This document shows positions 1 through 12,307 of a DNA stretch of 64,000 bases, one piece after another. The notes under the pieces are model-generated. The model was not told the DNA's origin and did no database searches. It worked only from the letters and a program-made list of their open reading frames with translations. The first letter of the stretch is position 1. Each line of letters begins with the position of its first letter. A program made the translations under genes and the position numbers. The stretch lies in the NCBI RefSeq assembly GCF_054482595.1, contig NZ_CM137008.1. One strand, 5' to 3'.

Positions 1-747
1 GGATGTTCCAGTGGAATTGGCCTGGAAAGCGCGCTCGAATTAAAACGCCAGGGTTTTCATGTGCTGGCAGGTTGCCGAAAACCGGATGATGTTGAGCGTA
101 TGAACAACATGGGATTTACCGGCGTGTTGATCGATCTGGATTCACCAGAAAGTGTTGATCGCGCAGCAGACGAGGTGATCGCCCTGACCGATAATTGTCT
201 GTATGGGATCTTTAACAATGCCGGATTCGGCATGTATGGCCCCCTTTCCACCATCAGCCGTGCGCAGATGGAACAGCAGTTTTCCGCCAACTTTTTCGGC
301 GCACACCAGCTCACCATGCGCCTGTTACCCGCGATGTTACCGCACGGTGAAGGGCGTATTGTGATGACATCATCGGTGATGGGATTAATCTCCACGCCGG
401 GTCGTGGCGCTTACGCGGCCAGTAAATATGCGCTGGAGGCGTGGTCAGACGCACTGCGCATGGAGCTGCGCCACAGCGGAATTAAAGTCAGCCTGATCGA
501 ACCCGGTCCCATTCGTACTCGCTTCACCGACAACGTCAACCAGACGCAAAGTGATAAACCAGTCGAAAATCCCGGCATCGCCGCCCGCTTTACGTTGGGA
601 CCGGAAGCGGTGGTGGACAAAGTACGCCATGCTTTTATTAGCGAGAAGCCGAAGATGCGCTATCCGGTAACGCTGGTGACCTGGGCAGTAATGGTGCTCA
701 AGCGCCTGCTGCCGGGGCGCGTGATGGACAAAATATTGCAGGGGTGA
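1..747 (+). CDS. ybbO: SDR-family NAD(P)-dependent oxidoreductase YbbO; 5' end lies before the window (frame open from nt 1)
   Basis: Frame 1 is open from nt 1 and encodes GCSSGIGLESALELKRQGF (Gly-rich dinucleotide-binding motif) followed by the ORF-track protein with the YAASK catalytic motif; stop at 745-747. Confidence 0.9.
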   Translation, partial: GCSSGIGLESALELKRQGFHVLAGCRKPDDVERMNNMGFTGVLIDLDSPESVDRAADEVIALTDNCLYGIFNNAGFGMYGPLSTISRAQMEQQFSANFFGAHQLTMRLLPAMLPHGEGRIVMTSSVMGLISTPGRGAYAASKYALEAWSDALRMELRHSGIKVSLIEPGPIRTRFTDNVNQTQSDKPVENPGIAARFTLGPEAVVDKVRHAFISEKPKMRYPVTLVTWAVMVLKRLLPGRVMDKILQG

Positions 748-765
748 GTTGAAGCGCGCGCTTAA

Positions 766-1662
<897 letters not shown>

Positions 1663-1724
1663 TATTCCGTTGATCGGCACATGAACCACAACGCCGGATG
1701 CGATGCTGCGCATCCGGCATCGCA

Positions 1725-2504
1725 TCATTTCTTCTTCAATTGCGTCACCACCAACTGGTGGCGCGAATTATAAAACTTACGATAGGTTAAATAGCAGGCA
1801 ATAATGGTCGACAAGCTGGCGGTTGAGAGCAGCATAAAGGTCACCATAATCTGATATTTAATCGCCTTCACCGGATCAATCCCGGCAAATATCAGCCCGG
1901 ACATCATTCCTGGTAAACTCACTAAGCCAACCGTTTTTGCTGAATCGACCGTCGGAATTAAAGCCGCGCGAATACTGTCGCGAATCAATATCGCTGAAGC
2001 CTGCTTCGGCGTCGCACCAAGACTCAGTTTCTCCTGAATCTGTTGCTGTTCGCTAATGACCCGTTGCCCTAAATTGTTGTAACACAACCCCACCGCTACC
2101 ATGGCGTTACCGGCAATCATCCCGGCGATAGGGATCACCTGCATCGGGATAAATTCAATCGACCCAGAGAGAATCAGCACCGCCAGGGTAATTCCCGCCC
2201 CGACCGTAATGGCAATAAACGATGAGATAAAAGCTTTAGCAATATATTTACTGCGTTTTTGCGCGTTCCACGCCGCATTAAAGCAGATAAATAACACCAT
2301 CAATAATGTCAGGCTGGCATCATCCACGCTGAAAATATACTTCAGCACATAGCCGACAATAATCAGCTGAATTATCGCTCGCCCGACGCTCCAGAAAATA
2401 TCTTTCTCCAGCGCCAGTTTTTCTTTATGGCTAATTAAGATTGCCACCACCACCAGCATTAATGCCAGTGCCAATGATTCGTTAGTAATATTATGCGAGT
2501 TCAT
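1725..2504 (-). CDS. fetB: ABC transporter permease FetB (YbbM), putative iron exporter
   Basis: Hydrophobic multi-TM protein directly downstream of and overlapping the fetA ATPase gene; start trimmed to MNSHNITNE. Confidence 0.85.
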   Translation of the reverse strand: MNSHNITNESLALALMLVVVAILISHKEKLALEKDIFWSVGRAIIQLIIVGYVLKYIFSVDDASLTLLMVLFICFNAAWNAQKRSKYIAKAFISSFIAITVGAGITLAVLILSGSIEFIPMQVIPIAGMIAGNAMVAVGLCYNNLGQRVISEQQQIQEKLSLGATPKQASAILIRDSIRAALIPTVDSAKTVGLVSLPGMMSGLIFAGIDPVKAIKYQIMVTFMLLSTASLSTIIACYLTYRKFYNSRHQLVVTQLKKK

Positions 2505-3168
2505 AGCGTGCTTCCTGCATTTCTCCGGCATGCGGTTGCAGTGTAATCACTTTATCCGCATGATTAATTTCGTCTTTATCGTGTGTCACCCACAGCACGG
2601 CAATATTTTGCTCGCGCACATAACGATGGATCATCTCATTAACGTTATGTTTATTACTTTCATCCAGCGCACTGGTGATTTCATCCAGCAATAAAACCTT
2701 CGGCATAAATTGCAGGTTACGAATCAGTGAGATGCGTTGTTTTTCACCACCAGATAGCTCGGCGATATTTTTCGTCAAAATGCTGTCCGGCAAAGCGAAG
2801 CGTTCGAGAAAATCGAGAAAAATGGCCGGGTCAGGCTGCTGGTTACGGATCTGCCAGGGAAAGATCAGATTATCGTATACCGTATCGCCAAACAGCGTCG
2901 GCGTCTGGGCGCAGTAAGAGACTTGCTGGCGGTAGATTTCTGGCTTTAGTGTGCTGACATCCTCACCTTCAAACAGTAACGTTCCGCTGGTTGGGCTGAT
3001 CAATGAAGCAACTATTTTTAGCAGCGTACTTTTGCCACAACCGGAAGGACCGGTAATTAACTTAAATTCGCCAGCACGCAGCGAAAAATTGATGTTATTA
3101 AGAATCTTCGCATCACCCGCCAGATATCCTACGTTTTGTAGCTGAAGCAAAGGACTATTTTCCTGCAT
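2491..3168 (-). CDS. fetA: ABC transporter ATP-binding protein FetA (YbbL)
   Basis: Walker A GPSGCGKST, ABC signature LSGGEKQR, Walker B LLLDE; 225 aa after trimming one Met. Confidence 0.9.
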   Translation of the reverse strand: MQENSPLLQLQNVGYLAGDAKILNNINFSLRAGEFKLITGPSGCGKSTLLKIVASLISPTSGTLLFEGEDVSTLKPEIYRQQVSYCAQTPTLFGDTVYDNLIFPWQIRNQQPDPAIFLDFLERFALPDSILTKNIAELSGGEKQRISLIRNLQFMPKVLLLDEITSALDESNKHNVNEMIHRYVREQNIAVLWVTHDKDEINHADKVITLQPHAGEMQEARYELA

Positions 3169-3313
3169 CACTGTTCCCTTTTTCTGATTTTTACTAAAAA
3201 CAGTTTATCCTTCGCAGGAATAAGGGGGAACTCTCTTTCAGTAATCAGGTATAATTTGTTTAATCAAGCAGCAATTTTGCTGATTATGGACGGTACAACA
3301 GGAGGTTTTTCCG

Positions 3314-4231
3314 ATGCTTATCTTTATCCCGATTCTCATTTTTGTCGCGCTGGTCATTGTCGGCGCGGGCGTCAAAATCGTGCCGCAGGGCTATCAATGG
3401 ACGGTAGAACGTTTTGGTCGCTATACCAAAACGTTACAGCCGGGGCTCAGTCTGGTGGTGCCGTTTATGGATCGCATTGGTCGCAAGATCAATATGATGG
3501 AGCAAGTGCTCGATATCCCTTCCCAGGAAGTTATCTCGAAAGATAACGCCAACGTTACCATCGACGCAGTCTGTTTTATTCAGGTGATTGACGCGCCGCG
3601 CGCGGCTTATGAAGTCAGCAATCTGGAGCTGGCGATCATCAACCTGACCATGACTAACATCCGTACCGTGTTGGGTTCAATGGAACTTGACGAAATGCTC
3701 TCTCAGCGCGACAGCATCAACTCACGCCTGCTGCGTATTGTCGATGAAGCCACCAACCCGTGGGGGATTAAAGTCACCCGTATTGAAATTCGCGACGTGC
3801 GCCCACCGGCAGAGCTTATCTCTTCAATGAACGCGCAGATGAAAGCGGAACGTACCAAACGCGCTTACATTCTTGAAGCGGAAGGGATCCGTCAGGCGGA
3901 AATCCTCAAAGCCGAAGGTGAAAAACAGTCGCAAATCCTGAAAGCGGAAGGCGAACGTCAGTCGGCGTTTTTACAGGCTGAAGCGCGTGAACGTTCCGCC
4001 GAAGCAGAAGCCCGCGCCACCAAAATGGTGTCTGAAGCTATCGCCTCCGGTGATATTCAGGCGGTGAACTACTTCGTAGCGCAGAAATACACCGAAGCGT
4101 TACAGCAGATCGGTTCCTCCAGTAACAGCAAAGTAGTGATGATGCCATTAGAGGCCAGCAGCCTGATGGGGTCGATTGCCGGGATTGCCGAGCTGGTGAA
4201 AGACAGCGCCAACAAACGGACTCAGCCATGA
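3314..4231 (+). CDS. qmcA: SPFH/band-7 (stomatin/prohibitin-family) membrane protein QmcA
   Basis: 305-aa ORF with N-terminal TM helix, SPFH core and charged coiled-coil tail ([27 protein letters not shown]). Confidence 0.92.
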
Positions 4232-4686
4232 TGGAGTTAATGGTCGTTCATCCACATATTTTCTGGCTCAGTCTCGGCGGTTTGCTGCTGGCAGCCGAGA
4301 TGCTGGGCGGAAATGGTTATTTGTTGTGGAGCGGCGTGGCAGCGGTGATTACCGGCCTGGTGGTCTGGCTGGTGCCGCTGGGTTGGGAGTGGCAAGGGGT
4401 AATGTTTGCCATCCTGACGCTGCTCGCCGCCTGGCTGTGGTGGAAATGGTTGTCGCGGCGGGTGCGCGAACAAAAGCACAGCGATAGTCATTTAAACCAG
4501 CGCGGGCAGCAGCTGATTGGCCGACGTTTTGTGCTGGAATCTCCGCTGGTCAACGGGCGCGGTCATATGCGCGTCGGTGACAGTTCATGGCCTGTCAGCG
4601 CCAGCGAGGATCTCGGTGCAGGTACGCATGTTGAAGTCATTGCGATAGAAGGGATAACCCTACATATCCGAGCCGTCTCGTCTTAA
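4228..4686 (+). CDS. ybbJ: NfeD-family membrane protein YbbJ, partner of QmcA
   Basis: 152-aa ORF with hydrophobic N-terminal half; its ATG overlaps the qmcA stop (ATGA at 4228-4231). Confidence 0.88.
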
Positions 4687-5094
4687 TCACCCTGCCCGAT
4701 GATGACAGCAGCCGGAGAGATTTTCGATAATCGGGCAGTCGGCGCTGTCATCGCCAGGGCAGGCATTCGCCAGTGCCAGCAGCTGGTCGCGCATGGATTG
4801 CAGCTCCTCAATGTGTCGTTCGATCTCCGCCACCTTCTCCAGCGTGCGCCGTTTGACGTCGGCGCTGTGCCGCTGCGGGTCGTTAAACAGATTCACCAGC
4901 TCGCCGCTCTCTTCCAGGTTAAAGCCCACCTGCCGTGCCTGGCGCAGTAAGGTCAGTTCGTTGAGATGCTGCTGCGTGTAGGTGCGATAACCGTTTTCGC
5001 TGCGCATCGGCGGCGTCACCAGCCCCTTCTCTTCATAGAAGCGAATGGCTTTGCTGGTCAGGCCGGTAATTTTTGCTACATCGCTGATGTTCAT
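4687..5094 (-). CDS. cueR: MerR-family copper-responsive transcriptional regulator CueR
   Basis: 135-aa ORF: N-terminal MerR HTH ([25 protein letters not shown]) and C-terminal metal loop [11 protein letters not shown]. Confidence 0.95.
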
Positions 5095-5218
5095 CGTTCG
5101 CGCAACGCCTCCTGTGCTTTGTTAAAGGGTTTCAACAGATATTCAAGCACGTTTTTTTGCCAGTGCGAATATCGACCGCCACCACAATAATACAGGAAGT
5201 ACTGCGCACAGAGAGATG

Positions 5219-6511
5219 TTATACGGTTTTATTGCGCTTCATGACCATTGCCACAATAAGGCTGAGTAAGAGTGAGCCAATAATCCATATCAACGCACGG
5301 CTACCCTGGGACCACAGACTGTAGATAAAGCCAACGATCACCAACAACATCACCAACGTACCAACGATAAGAATCGGCAACGAGGCGTGAATATCATGAC
5401 GCAGGCGGATCGCCACCACAAACACCGCCAGGTAGCAAATCAAAAAGGTGGCGCTGGCAACACTGGCGAGTGAGCCTAAATTTAGCGCCGCCGTCATCAG
5501 CATAATCAACACCACGACAATGATGTTGCCCCAGGTACTCTGCCGCCACAGGGATTTATTCATTAGCTTCGGCAGTTCGCGTTCGCTGCCCATGTTGTCC
5601 ATGATGTTAAACACGGCGAACAGGTTCGCGTTAATGGCTGAAGCCGTCGCCAGTAAAGCGCCGATGACGACGATCACATAACCCACATGTCCGAGCAGCG
5701 GAGAAGCAGCCTGCGCTACGGCGGTATCGGCATATTTTTCTAACTCTAATGCCGATACATCGCTAAGCAAAACCAGTGCCAGCGAGATATAAAGCAACGT
5801 GGTAACGCCAATCGCCACCAGAAACGCCCGCGGCATAATGACCTGCGGATCTTTCACTTTATCCGCCGCGTTCGCCATCATGCCAAAGCCCGCATAGGCA
5901 AGGAAGGTTATCCCGATACAGGAGAAGAACGCACCGGAGCTGGGGGGCGCAGAGACGGAAATATGCGCCGGTTGCAGCGACCAGACACCGGCAATAATCA
6001 GCAATAACAGGATCATCATTTTAATGCCGACGAGGATCACTTCCAGCCGCCCTACCGCATGGTTGCTTAAGGAGTTGAAAAGCGTCATCACCGCAATGAT
6101 CCCCAACGCGTAGAGCAAAATAAGGTGCTCCTCCTGGCTGCCTTCATGCAAAAACTGCACGGCATAAGCGCCAAAAGCACGGGCGACCATAGCGATGCTC
6201 ACCGCCAGCGTCAACAGGTACAGTAACGAGAGCGCCAGCGAAAAGACGCCGTTGCCTAATCCGCGACGAAAGAAGTCGATAATGCCGCCATTGCTGGGAT
6301 AGCTCGCCCCCAGACGCGCATAGGCATAACCGGAAAACATCGCCACAATACCGCCAAAAGCAAAGGCGACCCAGGTCGAGGCTTCCATTAGCAACGCAGC
6401 CTGCCCCAGCAGCGCGAAGATCCCCGCCCCCACCATTGCCCCAATACCGATGGAAACGACATTCCATAGACCGAGGGGTTTGTTACCGTTATTACCTTCC
6501 GTGTTCATCAT
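5219..6511 (-). CDS. ybaT: APC-family amino acid transporter YbaT
   Basis: 430-aa polytopic membrane ORF immediately downstream of glsA, forming the ybaS-ybaT operon. Confidence 0.9.
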   Translation of the reverse strand: MMNTEGNNGNKPLGLWNVVSIGIGAMVGAGIFALLGQAALLMEASTWVAFAFGGIVAMFSGYAYARLGASYPSNGGIIDFFRRGLGNGVFSLALSLLYLLTLAVSIAMVARAFGAYAVQFLHEGSQEEHLILLYALGIIAVMTLFNSLSNHAVGRLEVILVGIKMMILLLLIIAGVWSLQPAHISVSAPPSSGAFFSCIGITFLAYAGFGMMANAADKVKDPQVIMPRAFLVAIGVTTLLYISLALVLLSDVSALELEKYADTAVAQAASPLLGHVGYVIVVIGALLATASAINANLFAVFNIMDNMGSERELPKLMNKSLWRQSTWGNIIVVVLIMLMTAALNLGSLASVASATFLICYLAVFVVAIRLRHDIHASLPILIVGTLVMLLVIVGFIYSLWSQGSRALIWIIGSLLLSLIVAMVMKRNKTV

Positions 6512-6513
6512 GA

Positions 6514-7446
6514 TCAGCCCTTAAACACGTTATAGCCGAGTTGCTTAGCGACCGATGCCACCATTTTTTGACCGCGAACACTGTTGCCTTCTTCGTCCAG
6601 CGGTGGTGAGAACGCGGCAATTCCCATCACACCAGGGACGACCGCCAGAATACCGCCACCTACACCGCTTTTGCCCGGTAAACCAACGCGATATGCCCAG
6701 TCACCGGAGCGACCATACAGCCCTTCCATCATCATTTCGGCCAGAATGTACGGCACGTTATCGGCCTGAAGAACGCGTTTATGCGTCAGCGGATTCACTC
6801 CCCCCGCCGCCAGCGTCGCGCCAAGTGTTGCCAGTTCAACAGTATTGAGGAGCGTGGAGCACTGACGGGTGTACACGTCACAGGCTTCCATTGCATCACA
6901 ATAGAGATATCCGGCGGAGTACAGCAGCCAGGCAATGGCCCGGTTATGGAAGTTGGTTGTTTGTTCCGACTGGTTGACTTCGTCAGAGAGCGCTACCTGC
7001 TCACCAGCCAGTTGCTGTTGGATATGTAAAATTCGCTGCCAGCGTTGTTCAACATTTTCAGCGTTAATCAGGCTGGTGGTGGCAATGGCACCAGCATTTA
7101 CCAGTGGCGAAAGCGGTTTGCCGCCATGCAACTCTAAGGCGATAACTGAGTTAAAGGGCAATCCGGTCGGGTCAGCGCCAATTTTGTCCTGTACCGCCTG
7201 CGGGCCGACATCCTCTAACGCAAGGGCTAACGTACAGACTTTCGAGATGGATTCCAGCGCAAAGCGGTAATCACTGTCACCCGCACTATAGACCTTGCCA
7301 TCGCAGGTCACGATAGCCACTGCCGCCAGTTGACCAGGCACATTCGCCAGAAAGGGAATGTAGTCGGCATTTTGACCGCCGTTAAGTGAGTGAAATTGGG
7401 TGTAAGCCTGATCCACTGCCTGCTGTAATTTGTTTGCATCTAACAT
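6514..7446 (-). CDS. glsA: Glutaminase 1 (GlsA/YbaS)
   Basis: 310-aa ORF; matches the glutaminase family as recalled; upstream of ybaT with a 2-nt gap. Confidence 0.92.
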   Translation of the reverse strand: MLDANKLQQAVDQAYTQFHSLNGGQNADYIPFLANVPGQLAAVAIVTCDGKVYSAGDSDYRFALESISKVCTLALALEDVGPQAVQDKIGADPTGLPFNSVIALELHGGKPLSPLVNAGAIATTSLINAENVEQRWQRILHIQQQLAGEQVALSDEVNQSEQTTNFHNRAIAWLLYSAGYLYCDAMEACDVYTRQCSTLLNTVELATLGATLAAGGVNPLTHKRVLQADNVPYILAEMMMEGLYGRSGDWAYRVGLPGKSGVGGGILAVVPGVMGIAAFSPPLDEEGNSVRGQKMVASVAKQLGYNVFKG

Positions 7447-7637
7447 CTTTTGTTAACTCCTTTTTATAGATGCGGGAGGTAATTCCTCACCCCGGTGCCG
7501 ATTTTGAGGCATCCTGATTTAACTTAGCACCCGCAACTTAACTACAGGAAAACAAAGAGATAAATGTCTAATCCTGATGCAAATTGAGCCAATTTTTTAA
7601 TCTTTACGGACTTTTACTCGCCTGGTTTATTAATTTC

Positions 7638-7668
7638 TTGACCTTCCCCTTGCTGGAAGGTTTAACCT
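7638..7668 (+). promoter_or_regulatory. copA promoter with CueR operator dyad inside a long -35/-10 spacer
   Basis: TTGACC (7638-7643), then dyad ACCTTCCCCTTGCTGGAAGGT, then TAACCT about 19 bp downstream; classic MerR-type promoter geometry about 40 bp upstream of copA ATG. Confidence 0.85.
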
Positions 7669-7707
7669 TTATCACAGCCAGTCAAAACTGTCTTAAAGGA
7701 GTGTTTT

Positions 7708-10212
7708 ATGTCACAAATTATCGACCTGACCCTGGACGGCCTGTCCTGCGGTCACTGCGTTAAACGCGTGAAAGAAAGTCTCGAACAGCGCCCGGATGTG
7801 GAACAAGCGGATGTGTCTATCACTGAAGCGCACGTTACCGGGACTGCCAGTGCAGAACAGCTGATCGAAACCATCAAACAAGCGGGTTATGACGCATCTG
7901 TAAGCCACCCAAAGGCTAAACCGCTGGCGGAGTCATCAATCCCGTCGGAAGCACTGACAGCGGTTTCTGAGGCGCTTCCGGCAGCGACCGCCGATGACGA
8001 TGACAGCCAGCAGTTGCTGCTGAGCGGCATGAGCTGCGCCAGCTGTGTCACCCGCGTACAAAATGCGCTGCAAAGCGTACCGGGCGTCACTCAGGCACGG
8101 GTAAACCTGGCGGAGCGTACTGCGCTGGTGATGGGCAGTGCCTCCCCACAAGATTTAGTGCAGGCGGTGGAAAAAGCGGGCTACGGTGCGGAAGCGATTG
8201 AAGATGACGCTAAACGCCGCGAGCGCCAGCAAGAAACCGCCGTAGCTACGATGAAGCGCTTCCGCTGGCAGGCAATTGTTGCACTGGCTGTGGGTATCCC
8301 GGTAATGGTCTGGGGGATGATCGGCGATAACATGATGGTCACCGCTGACAACCGCAGCTTGTGGTTAGTTATCGGCCTGATAACCCTGGCAGTGATGGTT
8401 TTCGCCGGCGGCCATTTTTACCGCAGTGCATGGAAAAGCCTGCTGAACGGTGCAGCGACGATGGATACGCTGGTGGCGCTGGGAACGGGTGTGGCGTGGC
8501 TCTATTCGATGAGCGTCAACCTGTGGCCGCAGTGGTTCCCGATGGAAGCGCGGCATCTTTACTATGAAGCCAGTGCGATGATTATCGGTCTGATTAATCT
8601 CGGCCATATGCTGGAAGCGCGCGCACGTCAGCGTTCTTCTAAGGCGCTGGAGAAATTACTCGATTTAACCCCACCGACGGCGCGCCTGGTTACTGACGAA
8701 GGTGAAAAAAGCGTGCCTCTGGCGGAAGTGCAGCCAGGTATGTTGCTGCGCCTGACGACCGGCGATCGCGTGCCGGTAGATGGCGAGATTACCCAGGGCG
8801 AAGCATGGCTGGATGAAGCGATGCTGACGGGCGAACCAATCCCGCAGCAAAAAGGCGAAGGCGAAAGCGTCCATGCCGGGACAGTGGTACAGGACGGTAG
8901 CGTGCTGTTTCGTGCCAGTGCGGTTGGCAGCCATACCACGCTGTCACGGATCATTCGCATGGTGCGCCAGGCCCAGAGCAGCAAGCCAGAAATCGGTCAG
9001 CTGGCGGATAAAATCTCAGCCGTATTTGTACCTGTGGTGGTGGTGATTGCGCTGGTCAGTGCGGCAATCTGGTACTTCTTTGGTCCGGCACCGCAAATTG
9101 TTTATACCCTGGTGATTGCCACCACGGTACTGATTATCGCCTGTCCGTGTGCGCTGGGGCTGGCGACGCCGATGTCGATTATTTCCGGCGTCGGGCGGGC
9201 GGCTGAGTTTGGCGTGCTGGTGCGGGACGCCGACGCGCTGCAACGCGCCAGTACACTCGATACCGTCGTGTTCGATAAAACCGGGACGCTGACCGAAGGG
9301 AAGCCGCAGGTTGTCGCAGTGAAAACGTTTGCTGATGTTGATGAAGCGCAGGCATTGCGTCTGGCGGCGGCACTGGAGCAAGGTTCCAGCCATCCGCTGG
9401 CACGGGCGATCCTCGATAAAGCAGGTGATATGCAGCTGCCGCAGGTCAACGGTTTCCGCACATTGCGCGGGCTGGGCGTGAGCGGTGAAGCTGAAGGTCA
9501 TGCGTTATTGCTGGGCAATCAGGCGCTGTTAAATGAGCAACAGGTTGGTACCAAAGCTATCGAAGCGGAGATTACTGCTCAGGCATCGCAAGGAGCAACG
9601 CCTGTGCTGCTGGCGATTGACGGGAAAGCAGTAGCCCTGCTGGCTGTACGCGATCCGTTGCGTAGTGATAGCGTGGCGGCGCTGCAACGCCTGCATAAAG
9701 CGGGATATCGTCTGGTGATGTTGACCGGGGATAACCCAACCACCGCCAATGCGATCGCCAAAGAAGCCGGGATTGATGAGGTGATAGCCGGGGTGCTGCC
9801 GGACGGTAAAGCCGAAGCGATTAAACGCCTGCAAAGTGAAGGACGTCAGGTGGCAATGGTGGGCGACGGCATTAACGACGCGCCAGCGCTGGCTCAGGCG
9901 GATGTCGGCATTGCGATGGGTGGCGGCAGTGATGTTGCTATTGAAACCGCGGCGATTACCCTGATGCGCCATAGCCTGATGGGCGTTGCGGATGCGCTCG
10001 CTATTTCCCGCGCAACGCTGCGCAACATGAAGCAGAACCTGCTCGGCGCGTTTATCTACAACAGCATCGGTATTCCGGTTGCCGCCGGTATTTTGTGGCC
10101 GTTTACTGGAACACTGCTTAACCCGGTGGTTGCCGGAGCGGCAATGGCGCTCTCGTCGATTACCGTAGTGAGTAACGCCAACCGGTTGCTGCGGTTTAAA
10201 CCGAAGGAATAA
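7708..10212 (+). CDS. copA: Cu(I)-translocating P1B-type ATPase CopA
   Basis: 834-aa ORF; two N-terminal metal-binding domains (GLSCGHC, GMSCASC), CPC motif (IACPCALG), DKTGTLT phosphorylation site, GDGINDAP hinge. Confidence 0.97.
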   Translation: MSQIIDLTLDGLSCGHCVKRVKESLEQRPDVEQADVSITEAHVTGTASAEQLIETIKQAGYDASVSHPKAKPLAESSIPSEALTAVSEALPAATADDDDSQQLLLSGMSCASCVTRVQNALQSVPGVTQARVNLAERTALVMGSASPQDLVQAVEKAGYGAEAIEDDAKRRERQQETAVATMKRFRWQAIVALAVGIPVMVWGMIGDNMMVTADNRSLWLVIGLITLAVMVFAGGHFYRSAWKSLLNGAATMDTLVALGTGVAWLYSMSVNLWPQWFPMEARHLYYEASAMIIGLINLGHMLEARARQRSSKALEKLLDLTPPTARLVTDEGEKSVPLAEVQPGMLLRLTTGDRVPVDGEITQGEAWLDEAMLTGEPIPQQKGEGESVHAGTVVQDGSVLFRASAVGSHTTLSRIIRMVRQAQSSKPEIGQLADKISAVFVPVVVVIALVSAAIWYFFGPAPQIVYTLVIATTVLIIACPCALGLATPMSIISGVGRAAEFGVLVRDADALQRASTLDTVVFDKTGTLTEGKPQVVAVKTFADVDEAQALRLAAALEQGSSHPLARAILDKAGDMQLPQVNGFRTLRGLGVSGEAEGHALLLGNQALLNEQQVGTKAIEAEITAQASQGATPVLLAIDGKAVALLAVRDPLRSDSVAALQRLHKAGYRLVMLTGDNPTTANAIAKEAGIDEVIAGVLPDGKAEAIKRLQSEGRQVAMVGDGINDAPALAQADVGIAMGGGSDVAIETAAITLMRHSLMGVADALAISRATLRNMKQNLLGAFIYNSIGIPVAAGILWPFTGTLLNPVVAGAAMALSSITVVSNANRLLRFKPKE
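7908..7919 (+). other. copA: Programmed -1 ribosomal frameshift site in copA giving the short CopA(Z) product
   Basis: Slippery heptamer C_CCA_AAG at 7908-7914 in the copA zero frame (codons 68-69); -1 frame reads CCC AAA GGC TAA, stopping at 7917-7919. Confidence 0.7.
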
Positions 10213-10268
10213 GTACGTCATTGCGGATGCGCTGCTTTAGGGCGGCGCATTTGGCATCGACGCATGAC

Positions 10269-11010
<742 letters not shown>

Positions 11011-11032
11011 GAGATGAAGCGATGTTTTGGCC

Positions 11033-11326
11033 TTACGCGACCTTTTTTGCACGCTCTTCACGGCGTGCCAAATATTCAGCCACTGTTTCAATCCGTCCCA
11101 ATTCTTCCTGGGTACGCATGTTGTTTTCAACTTCCCAAAGATCAACTGCCGCCTGGAGGTTTAGCCAAAAATCGACTGTGGTATCAAAAACTTTCGCCAG
11201 ACGGAATGCCATTTCAGTGGTGAGTTTACGATTATTATTGATCAGTGTACTGACGTTATTACGATGAACATGCAGCAACTCTGCTAACTCATTGATTTTC
11301 AAAGCGAGCGGTTCCAGATTATTCAT
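11033..11326 (-). CDS. ybaQ: XRE/HigA-family HTH DNA-binding protein YbaQ
   Basis: 97-aa ORF with HTH (LHVHRNNVSTLINNNRKLTTEMAFRLAKVF); no toxin-like ORF adjacent. Confidence 0.88.
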   Translation of the reverse strand: MNNLEPLALKINELAELLHVHRNNVSTLINNNRKLTTEMAFRLAKVFDTTVDFWLNLQAAVDLWEVENNMRTQEELGRIETVAEYLARREERAKKVA

Positions 11327-11512
11327 AGAGAAGAATATCTCCGGGTGTCGTCGGTTTTCTTGTTGCCTGTTTCATAGTTTTTAACTGTTGCTTCCCTGTG
11401 AATAGCGATACAAGAACATACTGAATCATACAAACACATTAAACAAGTCCCCAACTCCATTTGCGCCATTCCTCCCCGCGCGCTAGCATGATATTTCACA
11501 AAGGGAGGTCGT

Positions 11513-12307
11513 ATGGATCTGTTGTACCGGGTAAAAACGCTTTGGGCCGCGCTGCGCGGTAATCATTACTCCTGGCCTGCCATCGATATCACCCTCCCCG
11601 GCAATCGCCATTTTCATCTGATTGGCAGTATTCATATGGGTAGCCACGATATGGCTCCCCTGCCCGCCCGTTTGCTCAAAAAGCTCAAAAACGCCGATGC
11701 GCTGATCGTCGAGGCGGATGTTTCCACCAGCGATACGCCTTTTGCTAATTTGCCTGCCTGCGAGGCGCTGGAAGAGCGTATTAGCGAGGAGCAATTACAA
11801 AATCTGCAGCACATTAGCCAGGTGATGGGCATTTCTCCGTCACTCTTTTCTACCCAACCGCTGTGGCAAATCGCGATGGTTCTTCAGGCGACGCAGGCAC
11901 AAAAACTGGGGCTGCGGGCAGAATACGGTATCGATTACCAGTTATTGCAGGCGGCGAAGCAACAACATAAACCCGTGATTGAACTGGAAGGGGCTGAAAA
12001 CCAGATTGCCATGTTGCTCCAGCTCCCTGACAAAGGACTGGCGCTGCTGGACGATACGCTGACCCACTGGCATACCAACGCACGGTTGCTGCAACAAATG
12101 ATGAGCTGGTGGCTGAATGCGCCGCCGCAAAATAATGAAATAACGCTGCCCAATACGTTCAGTCAGTCGCTGTACGATGTGCTGATGCATCAGCGAAATC
12201 TCGCCTGGCGGGATAAATTACGCGCCATGCCGCCGGGGCGATATGTGGTCGCGGTCGGTGCACTACACCTGTATGGAGAAGGGAATTTGCCGCAAATGTT
12301 GCGCTAA
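11513..12307 (+). CDS. ybaP: TraB/GumN-family protein YbaP
   Basis: 264-aa ORF with preceding SD (aaagggaggtcgt ATG); conserved position between ybaQ and ybaK. Confidence 0.88.
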   Translation: MDLLYRVKTLWAALRGNHYSWPAIDITLPGNRHFHLIGSIHMGSHDMAPLPARLLKKLKNADALIVEADVSTSDTPFANLPACEALEERISEEQLQNLQHISQVMGISPSLFSTQPLWQIAMVLQATQAQKLGLRAEYGIDYQLLQAAKQQHKPVIELEGAENQIAMLLQLPDKGLALLDDTLTHWHTNARLLQQMMSWWLNAPPQNNEITLPNTFSQSLYDVLMHQRNLAWRDKLRAMPPGRYVVAVGALHLYGEGNLPQMLR

